A stretch of 64,000 nt of DNA from Gemmatimonadota bacterium (GCA_040904945.1 JBBDSM010000134.1:668-64667), one strand, 5' to 3'; shown: positions 31,129-41,204, counted from the first letter of the stretch. The notes: a model not told the origin generated them from the letters alone. Program-made: numbers and translations.

Positions 31129-31892
31129 TAGATCACCCCTTCCTGGGAGATCTCCGAGCGGACGCGGAAGTCGTCGTCCATGCTGATGAGGATCTTCTCG
31201 GCCGCCGACAGGGAGAGGTTCAGGTCCGCAGCGACCTCGCTGACGGTGAGGGTCCCCCCCTTCTGGCCGGCAAGCCGCAGGATCTTGCGCTGCAAGCCGC
31301 GCATGACCGCCTCACGGCGTCCCTGGAAGCCCTGCCATCCCCAGTAGAAGGTCAGCGACCCGCCCATGCCGACGACACTGCCCACGGCCAGCAGGACGGC
31401 TTCGGCCTCCACGACGCCGATCAGCATCAGGAGCGTGGCGACCAGCACCATGGCCACCCCGAGGATCCTGCGTTTGATGCCGCTACTCGGAAGCGGCTCG
31501 TCCGGCTTCGACTCGATCAGCCGCCGCTCGGCCTCGGGGCCAGTCACGCTCAGGACGCGCGCGGCGTTCTCCCACCCCAGCCCGCAGCGCGGACACACCA
31601 AGTGGTTTCGCCGCGCCAGCCAGTAGAGGAGTCCGCCCAGGCCCCAGGTGAAGAGGCTCACGCCCACGGCGAGCGCCACGTGCCCGGCTCGCCTGAAATA
31701 GGGCATCCCTTCGCCCTGGTACGAGCACCTGGGACATACCTTCACGCGATCCACGCGCGGCACCAGGCCGCCACGGAGCGCGACGGCACCACACGTGGGA
31801 CAACGTGTGTCGCCGGGCTCGAGGGTTTCACCACAGGTCGAGCATTGCATCGGATATGGGATCACGTTTCGGGGTTCGCGGTCGACCGGCAC
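31077..31892 (-). CDS. Zinc-ribbon membrane protein with C-terminal winged-helix-like domain
   Basis: CSTCG..CPTCG, then CPRC, a hydrophobic segment and CPRC, then more TM helices. The C-terminal LTVSEVAADLNLSLSAAEKILISM...VIYYEFPEL is wHTH-like. Confidence 0.65.
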   Translation of the reverse strand: MPVDREPRNVIPYPMQCSTCGETLEPGDTRCPTCGAVALRGGLVPRVDRVKVCPRCSYQGEGMPYFRRAGHVALAVGVSLFTWGLGGLLYWLARRNHLVCPRCGLGWENAARVLSVTGPEAERRLIESKPDEPLPSSGIKRRILGVAMVLVATLLMLIGVVEAEAVLLAVGSVVGMGGSLTFYWGWQGFQGRREAVMRGLQRKILRLAGQKGGTLTVSEVAADLNLSLSAAEKILISMDDDFRVRSEISQEGVIYYEFPELRHRKELDPGV

Positions 31893-31941
31893 CCGAGCTT
31901 CCCCGGTCGCAGTTTCCCTACGACGGAGCGCGTCAGAAGAT

Positions 31942-34182
31942 TCAGCGGACCCTCACGACGCGGAGCATCGCGCCGGCACCCGAGGTGAACGGGCCACCGT
32001 CCGCGCCGCCCATCGTGAGGGTCAGCGTCCCGCCGTCGGGCGGCCGAAGGCTGATGTACCGCATCGAGGAAGCGCGCAGCGTGGCCGTGAACACGAAGTC
32101 AGCATGTCCGCCCGTCGGAACATGAAAGGGGAGCAGTTCTCGCAGGAAGCCAGGCAGGTCGAAGTCGGGGTAGGTGAACGGCCCGGCCGCGTCGCCGCCG
32201 TCATCGAAGTAGACCGCGGTGGCCCATCGCGAGAAGAGCTCCCCCCACGTCGTGGCCATCTGGGCCTCGACGTTCGCGACTCCAGTAAGCGTGGTCTGCG
32301 TAAGCCGCCGGAGCACGTCGCCCCCGTCCTGCTGGTGCAGATAGAGCATGTACAGGAAGCCGGCCCCCCGCTCCGCGAGCGATCCGTTCCCGCTCGAGAC
32401 GATGAGGCTGACCGTGTCCGGGCGCTCCAGGTAGAGCAGGGCCCGGCGTCGGTTTCCGTCGCGGAAGAGCTCCGCCGCCGCCGAGTCCCCGGACGCCGCA
32501 TAATCCCGCGCGACCAGCTCCTCGGCCATCTGCGCCAGGCCCTCGAGCACCCACAAGGCGTCCTGTGATCCCCCCAGCCCGACCACGCGCTCGCTGAAGT
32601 GCACCATGTGCTGGAACTCGTGCGCGAGGATCGATGGAACAACGTCCAGCACCTTCCTCTTGGAACGGGCGTCACCATGCTCGGCGTCCGGATCGGGCAC
32701 CAACGCATAGAAGACCTCGCCGGCGTTGCTGTTCGAGAGCTCCGGCAGAAGGTCGCGCCCGTAGAAGAAGCCACCCACGAAGCTGTTCGAGTCCCGAGCG
32801 GTGAGCCTGTTCACGACCGGCGTGAAGAGGATGACGACCCGGTCGTTCCCGTCGAGATCCGACGGTATGCCGAACGATTCGGTGACCCTGGGGTGGATGA
32901 CGTCGTCGAAGCGAACCCCGACGTCCTCGAGGTCTCCATCTTCGAAGCCGCCCGCCGGCGCCGCGTCGTCGACGTATACCACAGCTTCGTCGCTCACGAG
33001 TCGGGCAGTCGCCGTAATCTCGTCGAATCGGTTACCTGGGTCGTCCGAGCCGTTGAACACCCAGAAGGTCCGTGAATCTCCGACGGTCGGGACCGCGGCA
33101 GGTGCGCCGGGCGCACGAGCCGCGCCGGAGGGCGGCTGGACCGCGCCCCCGCCCGAGAGCCGACGCTCCAGGATGGCAGCCTCCTCGGAGCGCAGCTTGA
33201 GATCGAAGGCACCCTGCGCGTCGGCCACGGCCTCGAGCGCGACGCTCGAGGCCGGCGCCGTGAGTCCCGCGGTGAACGGGCCGGGCGGCGCCGCCACCAC
33301 CGCGTTCTGGGCCAGCCCGGCGAGGCGCATCGGGTAGCTCGCCCCGGCGACCGTTCCCGCGGCCTGCGGGATGATGATGTACTCGGCCTGCACCCCCGCG
33401 ACGCGTTCACCCGAAAGCTGGACGCAGTCCATCCCTGCCGGATCGCTCAAATCAACGTATTCTCCCGGAAGCAGCGGCTCGACGGGACCGCCCTCCGTCA
33501 CGTCGACGCCGATCGTGCCGCTCGACACCGCGCCGAGCGCGACGCGGACCCGCACGTCGGCGCGCGCGGGAAGGCACAGCGGCACCTCGACTTCGAGGCT
33601 CGTCGCGGATGCCTGGAGCACGCGGGCACGGACGTTCGAGAAGTACACGAGGTTCTGCTCGGGGACCGGGCTGAAGTTCTGGCCGGCGAGCACGAGTGTG
33701 GCGCCGACGGGCGCTTCGACAGGCTCGACGGACGTGAGTCGCGGCGTGCCGACGAGGTATGACCTCAGCTCCGCCCGCGGACCGTCCTGTTCGACGACCG
33801 TAGCGACGATGGTGATCTGGCCCTCCGTCGAGCCGAGCCGGACGGTGATCTCGGCGGCGCCCGCCTCGTCGGTAACCGTCGCCTCGGGCCCCTCGAGCTG
33901 TGCGTCGCCGCTGGTCACGGCCCACCGGACCGTGACGTCATCCACCGGAAGCCTCGAGTCGACCTCCCGCACGATCACACGGAGCGGGTCGGAGAGCTCG
34001 GTGCCGGCCGTGGCGTACTGCTCGTCCCCTCCGGCGACGACGACCTCGAGAGGCACGAAACCCGGAGCGACCGGTTCCCTGGAGCATCCGGCCAACGCCA
34101 GGAGCGTGGCCACGACCAGCATCGGCCGGGGGTCAGCGCGCGTGGCCGGAACGCACCGCCCGGATCGGCGCCGGCCCGTCAT
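31942..34182 (-). CDS. Lipoprotein with Ig-like/IPT domains and HExxH zinc-metalloprotease domain
   Basis: ATG 34182 overlaps the upstream stop (ATGA). The lipobox is LALAGC. Ig-like and IPT/TIG segments are present (PRLTSVEPVEAPVGATLVLAGQNFS). ILAHEFQHMVHF is followed by EGLAQMAE (gluzincin-like). The track ORF runs to 34575, which I treat as a spurious extension. Confidence 0.75.
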   Translation of the reverse strand: MTGRRRSGRCVPATRADPRPMLVVATLLALAGCSREPVAPGFVPLEVVVAGGDEQYATAGTELSDPLRVIVREVDSRLPVDDVTVRWAVTSGDAQLEGPEATVTDEAGAAEITVRLGSTEGQITIVATVVEQDGPRAELRSYLVGTPRLTSVEPVEAPVGATLVLAGQNFSPVPEQNLVYFSNVRARVLQASATSLEVEVPLCLPARADVRVRVALGAVSSGTIGVDVTEGGPVEPLLPGEYVDLSDPAGMDCVQLSGERVAGVQAEYIIIPQAAGTVAGASYPMRLAGLAQNAVVAAPPGPFTAGLTAPASSVALEAVADAQGAFDLKLRSEEAAILERRLSGGGAVQPPSGAARAPGAPAAVPTVGDSRTFWVFNGSDDPGNRFDEITATARLVSDEAVVYVDDAAPAGGFEDGDLEDVGVRFDDVIHPRVTESFGIPSDLDGNDRVVILFTPVVNRLTARDSNSFVGGFFYGRDLLPELSNSNAGEVFYALVPDPDAEHGDARSKRKVLDVVPSILAHEFQHMVHFSERVVGLGGSQDALWVLEGLAQMAEELVARDYAASGDSAAAELFRDGNRRRALLYLERPDTVSLIVSSGNGSLAERGAGFLYMLYLHQQDGGDVLRRLTQTTLTGVANVEAQMATTWGELFSRWATAVYFDDGGDAAGPFTYPDFDLPGFLRELLPFHVPTGGHADFVFTATLRASSMRYISLRPPDGGTLTLTMGGADGGPFTSGAGAMLRVVRVR

Positions 34183-35243
34183 CCGCCGGCCCCGCGCTCC
34201 AGCGCGAGCAGATCGAGGATGGGCGTCGCCGTGAGCGCAGAAGACGCCCGGCGCACCCGCCCGGTCACGCGTATCAACTCGAGGGGCGTCAGGCCCTCCG
34301 CCGTCGAGAGACGGTCCGGAGGGACCGCGACGTAGACGAAGGGCCCTTCGGCCCCACCGGCGCGCCCGAGAATGAACGGCTCGCCCTCGTAGAAGTCGGT
34401 TCGAACCGCCTCGGCACGTTCCAGGGAGATGAACTGCACCGTCCAGGTGACGCGTCGGCCCTCGTGGCTCGCGCCGTCCGGCGCGGCCAGATCGTCCGGG
34501 GTGAGGTCGGCCGTAGCGCCCGCCCCGGAAGGCGGCTCGGCGTCCCCGGCGTCCGATGCCGGGCTCCACACCCACCCCTCGAGTCGCACCCGAACCCAGC
34601 TGCCCTCGCGCGCCAGCACCTCGAGATCTCCATCGACGGCGGAGGTGCCGATGGTGTCACCATCCGGTGCGCTCAGAATCGGGGTGCTCTCGCCGGCACG
34701 CAGAAAGATGCGCACGGGGTCCACGCCGCGTGACGCCGCGGACGAGGGGACGCCAGCTCCGGAGGCCGGGTCGGGCGCACGCTGCCCGGCGGGCGTGACC
34801 GAGGGTGACCAAATCCAACCGGTGCGGCGCACCCGCGTCCACCCCGGCTGGCTCTCGAGCTCCTCGAGCAACGTTCCCTCCTCCAACCGGGCGACGATGG
34901 CGCCGGACGGCTCAGCCCTGAGATTCTCCCCGCCCGCCACGGACACGGTGAGGTCCATGCCTTCCCGATCCGTGGTCCGCAGCGACGCCGTCCAAACCCA
35001 GCCTTCGAGAGACGCCTCCGTCCACGATCCAGAGACACCCACCCTCGAGAGTTCGGCGCCGGCGTTCACGCGCGCCAGAACCAAACCCTGCGGCTCGCGT
35101 CGGAAGTTCTCCTCGACGTCGGCGCGCACGGTGGCCTGCCCGCTGAGCGGGGCGATGGTGAGCAGGAGCGCCGCGAGCGCGCCCGTCGAGGCGCGCGCAC
35201 CCGTCTTCCACCCACCTCTACACGACCTCGGAGACCCTGTCAT
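34179..35243 (-). CDS. Secreted protein with three SH3b-like repeats
   Basis: It has a signal peptide. Three repeat modules end in SWTEASLEGWVWTAS, GWTRVRRTGWIWSPS and SWVRVRLEGWVWSPA. Confidence 0.7.
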   Translation of the reverse strand: MTGSPRSCRGGWKTGARASTGALAALLLTIAPLSGQATVRADVEENFRREPQGLVLARVNAGAELSRVGVSGSWTEASLEGWVWTASLRTTDREGMDLTVSVAGGENLRAEPSGAIVARLEEGTLLEELESQPGWTRVRRTGWIWSPSVTPAGQRAPDPASGAGVPSSAASRGVDPVRIFLRAGESTPILSAPDGDTIGTSAVDGDLEVLAREGSWVRVRLEGWVWSPASDAGDAEPPSGAGATADLTPDDLAAPDGASHEGRRVTWTVQFISLERAEAVRTDFYEGEPFILGRAGGAEGPFVYVAVPPDRLSTAEGLTPLELIRVTGRVRRASSALTATPILDLLALERGAGG

Positions 35244-35375
35244 ATTGTCTTGAAACGATCCCGGACGGGCGGTGTTACAAGGGCGGTTCGAGCGCTGCCG
35301 CTCGTCCTCCCAATCTGCCCGAGACGCATGGAAGCGTCAATCAATCCCGACCCTGAAGAGGAGCGCGGCACCCGG

Positions 35376-36071
35376 ATGCGGCACATTCTCCGTAGTTCGT
35401 TCCCGGCCGTTCTGGCCTTCCTGCTCGTCGGAGGCTCGACCGCGGACGCCCAGACGGTGCCGTCCCCGTTCACCTTCATCGAAGGTCGCCAGGAAGCCGG
35501 GCTCATCTTCGGCGCCGTCGACGCCGCCACCGGGCGGTTCGGTTTCGCCCCGAAGGGCGGCCGGCTGGTCGGCGGTCGCTACGGCATCGAGCTCTCGGGT
35601 CCCTTGTCGCTCGAAGGCGTGACGACGGTCATCTCCGGGGAGCGTGACATCATCAACCCGGGGCGGGACGAGGGCGACAGGGTGGTAGGCGAGGCCGACG
35701 TGCTGCTCACCACCATCGACGCGCGCTTCAAGTTCAGCCTCACCGGGGACCGGATGTGGCACCGCATCAGCCCCTTCATCGTGGCCGGCGGAGGTGTCGT
35801 CTTCGACGCGGCGGGGGATTCCGAGGCGGACGAACTGCTCCTCCCCGAGGATCAATTCAACTTCGGCACCAGCTTTTACGGCACGACGGGGCTGGGTGTC
35901 CGCTGGTTCGTCACCGATCGCTTCGCGCTCCGCGCCGATGGCACGTTCTCGCTCTGGAAGGTCGGCACCCCACCCGGATTCAGCGACCCGGTGCGGAACT
36001 TCGTGAACGTCCAGGAAGGCGAGTGGCTGCAATCGCTCGGGCTCACGATTTCGACGCTGATCCGCTGGTGA
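35376..36071 (+). CDS. Outer-membrane beta-barrel protein
   Basis: ATG 35376 is preceded by GAAGAGGAG. The signal peptide ends ...TADAQ. Amphipathic beta strands alternate, and the C-terminus is aromatic (...LIRW). Confidence 0.65.
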   Translation: MRHILRSSFPAVLAFLLVGGSTADAQTVPSPFTFIEGRQEAGLIFGAVDAATGRFGFAPKGGRLVGGRYGIELSGPLSLEGVTTVISGERDIINPGRDEGDRVVGEADVLLTTIDARFKFSLTGDRMWHRISPFIVAGGGVVFDAAGDSEADELLLPEDQFNFGTSFYGTTGLGVRWFVTDRFALRADGTFSLWKVGTPPGFSDPVRNFVNVQEGEWLQSLGLTISTLIRW

Positions 36072-36090
36072 GATACGGGAGCTTCTGACC

Positions 36091-37422
36091 ATGGCCGAGG
36101 GATCTGCTCGCTTCGAGACGCGTGCGGCCGACTGGCTGAGCGTGGACGAAGCACGGGCCCGGATTCTCGAAGGGGCCCGCCCGCTCCCGCCGGAGCAGGT
36201 ATCGCTCCGTGAAGCCGAGGGGCGGGTGCTCGCGGAGCTCCTGATCGCGGGAGCTACCCTTCCCCCATGGGACAACTCCGCCATGGACGGCTACGCCGTG
36301 CGCGCGGACGACGTCGCCGGCGCGACCGAGACGGCACCCGTGACGCTCGATGTCGTCGGACGGGTCCTCGCGGGCCACATGGACGCAGCCCCGACCGTCG
36401 GGCCGGGCCAGGCCACCCGCATCATGACCGGTGCTCCCCTTCCCCCCGGCACCGACGCGGTCGTTCGGGTCGAGGACACCGACGCGGAGTCGGAATCCGG
36501 TAAGGTGCGGGTGAGGGTCCCCGTCGAGGCCGGGCGCTACGTCCGCCCGGCCGGTCAGGACTTCCACCAAGGCGATGAGGTGTTGGAGCCCGGACGGGTA
36601 GTCCGGGCCGGAGTGATCGGCCTGGCGGCTGCGATCGGTCGTGAGACGCTTCGGGTCCATCGGTCTCCCAGCGTCGCGTTGCTGGCCACGGGGGACGAGC
36701 TCAGGGGCCCCAGCGGCTACGAGGACGTCATCCACGGGAGGGGCATCCCCGAGTCGAATCGACCCATGTTGTCGGCGATGGTTCGCGACGCGGGGGCGAG
36801 CGTCGGTCGGTCCGCCCTGGCAACCGACGACGAGGCCGAACTCGCCACCCACCTCGAGCAGTCCGGTGCGGACGACGTCCTGGTCACCATCGGAGGGGCC
36901 TCGATGGGGGAAGCCGATCTCGTGAAGCGGGTCCTCGACCGGGCCGGCTTCCGCCTGGAGTTCTGGCGATCCCGGATCCGGCCGGGGAGCCCGTTCAGCT
37001 TCGGGCTGCTCCCACGCGGCGACCGCCTCCAGCCCGTCTTCGGGCTCCCCGGGAACCCCGCCTCGGCCTTCGTGACCTTCGAACTCTTCGTTCGGCCATT
37101 CCTGCGCCGGTTGGCCGGCCATACCGCCTGCTTCCGTCCCGTCGCGAGCTGCGTGGCGGGGGACGACCTGCGGGGGCCGACCGATCTCGCCGCCTACCTG
37201 AGGGTGTGGCTCATCCGCACCACCGGAGCTTGGACCGCGAGACTCACGGGGTCCCAGGGCTCCGGGCTGGTACGGGGATTGGGCTACGCGGACGGGCTCG
37301 CGGTGCTACCGGAAGGCACGGGAGAGATTCGCCGGGGATCGCGCGTGGACGTGCTGCTGCTGAACGGCGATGCGAGCGAGGATCACACGCAGCGGCCCCA
37401 CCGCGAGGGTGCGGAAGAGTGA
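36091..37422 (+). CDS. moeA: Molybdopterin molybdenumtransferase
   Basis: 443 aa. LPPWDNSAMDGYAVRADD, IMTGAPLP.G.DAVV and LPGNPASAF. Confidence 0.93.
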   Translation: MAEGSARFETRAADWLSVDEARARILEGARPLPPEQVSLREAEGRVLAELLIAGATLPPWDNSAMDGYAVRADDVAGATETAPVTLDVVGRVLAGHMDAAPTVGPGQATRIMTGAPLPPGTDAVVRVEDTDAESESGKVRVRVPVEAGRYVRPAGQDFHQGDEVLEPGRVVRAGVIGLAAAIGRETLRVHRSPSVALLATGDELRGPSGYEDVIHGRGIPESNRPMLSAMVRDAGASVGRSALATDDEAELATHLEQSGADDVLVTIGGASMGEADLVKRVLDRAGFRLEFWRSRIRPGSPFSFGLLPRGDRLQPVFGLPGNPASAFVTFELFVRPFLRRLAGHTACFRPVASCVAGDDLRGPTDLAAYLRVWLIRTTGAWTARLTGSQGSGLVRGLGYADGLAVLPEGTGEIRRGSRVDVLLLNGDASEDHTQRPHREGAEE

Positions 37423-37424
37423 GC

Positions 37425-37871
37425 ATGGCCGGCCCGACCGTCGGCGTGGCTCTGCTCGCCCTCGGCCTGGCTGGATGCAGCCTTCCCCGCTGGCCGGTGG
37501 AGGCGCCCATGACGTCTGCCTACGGCCTACGCTTCTCGGGTATCGTCCCCGGCACGCATCGCGGCGTAGATCTGGACGTCCCGCACGGGACACCCGTGAG
37601 GGCCATGGCCGACGGACACGTGCGGTACGCCGGAACCATGAGCGGATTCGGGAACGTGGTCTGGCTCGATCACGGCGGATCGGTGCTTACGGTCTACGCG
37701 CATCTCTCGGAGATCCACGTGTCCGTCGGCACGCTGGTGCGCGGCCAGTCCGTGATCGCGCTAAGCGGAGCGAGCGGCGACGTGACGGGGCCCCATCTCC
37801 ACTTCGAGGTGTGGAGATGGGGCCGACCCGTCGATCCTGTCCCGCTGCTCGGTAGCAGACCGGGGAACTGA
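37425..37871 (+). CDS. M23-family peptidase lipoprotein
   Basis: The start is ATG 37425. The lipobox is LGLAGC. Motifs are HRGVDLDVPHGTPVRA, VYAHLS and GPHLHFEV. Confidence 0.88.
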   Translation: MAGPTVGVALLALGLAGCSLPRWPVEAPMTSAYGLRFSGIVPGTHRGVDLDVPHGTPVRAMADGHVRYAGTMSGFGNVVWLDHGGSVLTVYAHLSEIHVSVGTLVRGQSVIALSGASGDVTGPHLHFEVWRWGRPVDPVPLLGSRPGN

Positions 37872-37888
37872 CGTCGGTCCAGCTGACC

Positions 37889-38878
37889 TCAGTCGCCGGA
37901 CTTGAGCGTCTGGATCTCGTCGGCGAGGCGCGGCACGACCTCGAACAGGTCGCCCACGATCCCGTAGTCGGCCACCCCGAAGATCGGGGCGTCCGCATCC
38001 TTGTTGATGGCCACGATCGTCTGCGAGGTCCGCATGCCGGCCAGGTGCTGGATCGCTCCCGAGATGCCGATGGCGAAGTACAGCTTGGGCGCCACGGTCT
38101 TTCCGGTCTGTCCCACCTGCTCGCCGTGCGGGCGCCATCCAGCGTCCACGACCGCGCGCGAAGCACCGAGAGCAGCGCCCGACCCGATGGCGTCCCGTAG
38201 TGACTCGAGGAGCTTCCAGTTCTCCGGATCCTTCATGCCGCGTCCACCCGAGACGATGACGGATGCCTCGGCCACGTCGACCTGACCGTCGGAGGCCCCC
38301 TGCCGCTCGACGACACGCACCTTGAACGCACTGGCGTCGATGTCGGGCGTGAACGTCTCGACGTCACCGGCGGCCTCGTGCTCGGTCGCCTGGAAGACGT
38401 TCGGTCGGATCGAGACCAGCACCGGCGACGCCTCGACCTCGAGGTGCGCGAACGCCTTACCCGAATACACCGGCCGGACGATCGAAACCTTGCCGCCCTC
38501 GGCTTCCAGACCCGTCACGTCCGCCGCGAGCGGCACGTCGAGGGCCGCGGCGACGCGTGGCGCGAGATCCTTACCGAGCGTGGTCGCCGGGAAGATTACC
38601 GCACCGTAGCCGCCTTCCTTGACCCGTGCGGCGAGGACGGAGGCATAAGCTTCCGGGTTGTAATCGCCGAGCGTCTCGTGCTCACCGACGAGCACCTTGG
38701 CCGCCCCGAACCGCCCCAACTCTCCGCCCGCCGCCGAGATGCCGGGAGCTCCGAGCACCAGCGCGTGGGCGCTGCCTCCGAGCGAGCCGGCCAGGCGCGC
38801 CGCCGTGCTTACCGCTTCACGGGCCGATCCACCGATCTGCCCGTCTCTCTGTTCCGCGAATGCGAGAACGTCCGCCAT
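37889..38878 (-). CDS. etfA: Electron transfer flavoprotein subunit alpha
   Basis: 329 aa. The C-terminal FAD-binding region reads [28 protein letters not shown]. Confidence 0.95.
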   Translation of the reverse strand: MADVLAFAEQRDGQIGGSAREAVSTAARLAGSLGGSAHALVLGAPGISAAGGELGRFGAAKVLVGEHETLGDYNPEAYASVLAARVKEGGYGAVIFPATTLGKDLAPRVAAALDVPLAADVTGLEAEGGKVSIVRPVYSGKAFAHLEVEASPVLVSIRPNVFQATEHEAAGDVETFTPDIDASAFKVRVVERQGASDGQVDVAEASVIVSGGRGMKDPENWKLLESLRDAIGSGAALGASRAVVDAGWRPHGEQVGQTGKTVAPKLYFAIGISGAIQHLAGMRTSQTIVAINKDADAPIFGVADYGIVGDLFEVVPRLADEIQTLKSGD

Positions 38879-38932
38879 GTCTATCTCCGATCCTGCGTGT
38901 TAGTGAGCTCGAAATCTGGAATCCGGCGCCGA

Positions 38933-39682
38933 TCAGAGCGCGTTCGCCTCTTCCCGCAACAGGCGCACCAGCTCGGGCACGGCGTCCGCGCCCTCGCCCA
39001 CGATCCGGCCTGCGGAGCGCGGAGCCGGCTCGGTGAGCTTGACCACGCGCAGCTTCGCCTCGATCTGCGCGGCGTCCTTCTGCTCGAGCGGCTTCTTCTT
39101 GGCTGCCATGATGCCCTTGAGGGACGCGTAGCGGGGCTCGAATTCGCCCTTGGTGACGGTCACCACCGCCGGGAGGTCGACTTCGACCACCTCGGTACCT
39201 CCCTCCACCTCTCGCCGGCACACGGCCTTCCCGTCGCCCATCTCGAACGAGGACACACCGGTCACGCATGGGCGCCCCAACAGCGTCGCGACCATCGGGC
39301 CGACCTGCTGCTGGTCGTCGTCCGCGGCCTTCACGCCGAAGAGGATGAGCGGAGCGTCGGCGCTGTCGAGTTCCGCCGCGAGCACCTTGGCCGTCGCCAG
39401 CCCGTCGATCGTCGGCTCGCCGACGAGCAGCGTCGCGCTGTCCGCGCCCATGGCGAGGCCCGAGCGGAGCGTCTCCTGCGTGGCAGCGTCACCGAAGCTG
39501 ACCAGGCGCACCGAGCCGTCTCCGGCGGCCTCCTTCGTACGCAGGGCCGCCTCCACGGCGAATTCGTCGTAGGGACTGATGATGTATTTGACGCCCGAGG
39601 GGTCGATCTTGTCCCCGGAGCCGTCGATCCGGATACGGGTCTCGGTGTCCGGTACCCGCTTCACACAGACGATGACGTTCAA
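38933..39682 (-). CDS. etfB: Electron transfer flavoprotein subunit beta
   Basis: 249 aa. MNVIVCVKRVPDTE... The start is TTG, preceded by GGAGAA. Confidence 0.95.
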   Translation of the reverse strand: MNVIVCVKRVPDTETRIRIDGSGDKIDPSGVKYIISPYDEFAVEAALRTKEAAGDGSVRLVSFGDAATQETLRSGLAMGADSATLLVGEPTIDGLATAKVLAAELDSADAPLILFGVKAADDDQQQVGPMVATLLGRPCVTGVSSFEMGDGKAVCRREVEGGTEVVEVDLPAVVTVTKGEFEPRYASLKGIMAAKKKPLEQKDAAQIEAKLRVVKLTEPAPRSAGRIVGEGADAVPELVRLLREEANAL

Positions 39683-39791
39683 CGGTCGTTCTCCGATGTG
39701 ACTGATGGAATTCCACTGACGCCGGCGAGCCGGCGCGTGCCCCTGCCAGAGGGCCGGGGCGATTTACCCCCCACCCCATGCCGGGGTCCGA

Positions 39792-41204
39792 CTACAGCGA
39801 AGCTCCAAGTATACCAAAGGCAATCGTTGCGATCCCGCCCCCGATGAGCGCGTAGGGGAGCTGCGTGCGCACGTGATCGATGTGATCCGTCGCGGCGGCC
39901 ATCGACGAGATGATCGTGGTGTCGCTGATCGGGGAGCAGTGATCGCCGAACACCCCACCCGCGAGCGATGCGGCCACGAACGGCGCCAGCGGCAGCCCCA
40001 ATGCTTCGGCGGCCGGGACGGCGATCGGGAGCATGATCGCGAAGGTCCCCCAACTGGTCCCGGTGGAAAAAGCGATCCCGCCCGATACCAGGAAGACGAG
40101 CGGGAGATACACCGCGTTCGGCATCGTGCCCGCCGTGACCTGAGCGACGTAGACGCCGGTCCCGAGCTCTTGCACGACGTTGCCGAGCGCGAGCGCCAGC
40201 AGAAGGATGAGGGCGAGCGGGACGAGCCCACCTCCGCCCTTGAGGGCGAGGCGGACGAGCTCGTCCTGGGTGAAGGCACGCTGGATCAACAGCATGATCC
40301 AGGCGACGCCCAGCCCGAAGAGCACCGACCAGAGCACGCTGGTCGAACCCGAGCCGTCCTGGAGCGCCCCGTCGCCCGTGATGTACAGCGAGATCGGCAT
40401 GAACAGGACCATCGCGGCAATCGGCACGAGCATGTTGCGGGCCCGCGGGACCAACCCCTCTTTCGGCTCCGACGACAACACGTCCTCGTCGATCATCGGC
40501 GTCGCCTCCGGCCAGAGCAACTCCCCGTTCCGGGTGCGTTCCTCCGCCTTCTTCATGGGACCGATATCGATCCCGAAGACGATCACCGTCAAGACGAGAA
40601 GCACGGCGGCGATCGCATAGAAGTTGAACCCGATCGAGGCGACGAAGACACCGAGGGGGTTCTCGACGCCGAGGCTCTGGAGGATGCCGAGGTTGTAGGC
40701 CCCCCACGCGTTGAGCGGAATCAGGAGGCAGATCGGAGCCGACGTGGAGTCGATGATGTAGGCGAGCTTCTCCCGCGAGCTCTTGTACCGATCGAACAGC
40801 GGCCGCGCGACCGATCCCGCCACGAGCACCGTGATGTTCGACTCGATGAAGATGACGACGCCGGTGGCCCAGGCGAGCAGTTGGGACTTCTTCGCCGAAT
40901 CGACCCAGGCGCGCTCCTCCAACGCGTGCACGAAGCCACGAAACCCTCCCGCCGCCTCGATCGTGGCGATCAACGCCCCGATCACGAGCGTGAACAAGAT
41001 GACCTTCGCGTCTCCTTCGCTGCCAAGCACCGCCACGGCGCCGTCGATCCCCGCGGCCAGGCCAGCGAACGGGTCCCACCCCTCGAGGATCGTCCAACCG
41101 AGCCAGATGCCTCCAGCCAGAGACAGGTAGACCTGTCGCGTCCAGATCGCCAGCACGATGGCCAGGACTGGGGGCAACAGGGAGATCCAGGTCGGGTCGG
41201 TCAT
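39792..41204 (-). CDS. nhaC: NhaC-family Na+/H+ antiporter
   Basis: A polytopic membrane protein. The start is taken at ATG 41204 (MTDPTWISLLPPVLAIVLAIW), which overlaps the mpg stop (ATGA). Confidence 0.88.
   Translation of the reverse strand: MTDPTWISLLPPVLAIVLAIWTRQVYLSLAGGIWLGWTILEGWDPFAGLAAGIDGAVAVLGSEGDAKVILFTLVIGALIATIEAAGGFRGFVHALEERAWVDSAKKSQLLAWATGVVIFIESNITVLVAGSVARPLFDRYKSSREKLAYIIDSTSAPICLLIPLNAWGAYNLGILQSLGVENPLGVFVASIGFNFYAIAAVLLVLTVIVFGIDIGPMKKAEERTRNGELLWPEATPMIDEDVLSSEPKEGLVPRARNMLVPIAAMVLFMPISLYITGDGALQDGSGSTSVLWSVLFGLGVAWIMLLIQRAFTQDELVRLALKGGGGLVPLALILLLALALGNVVQELGTGVYVAQVTAGTMPNAVYLPLVFLVSGGIAFSTGTSWGTFAIMLPIAVPAAEALGLPLAPFVAASLAGGVFGDHCSPISDTTIISSMAAATDHIDHVRTQLPYALIGGGIATIAFGILGASL

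Noticed and set aside
34183-34575. The N-terminal 131-aa extension of the HExxH lipoprotein ORF. Similar extensions occur at 12282-12671 (envC-like), 21793-21915 (acs), 21801-21938 (ATPase), 29749-30192 (EamA) and 37206-37424 (M23).
   Set aside because: The extensions overlap the upstream genes in another frame and are compositionally aberrant. The internal starts give proper signal peptides or lipoboxes, or canonical N-termini.
35249-35283. Imperfect inverted repeat CTTGAAAC-N17-GTTACAAG in the SH3b-operon / OMP divergent spacer, considered as a possible operator.
   Set aside because: It has one mismatch in 8 bp, a long spacer and no second copy. The evidence is insufficient to call it.
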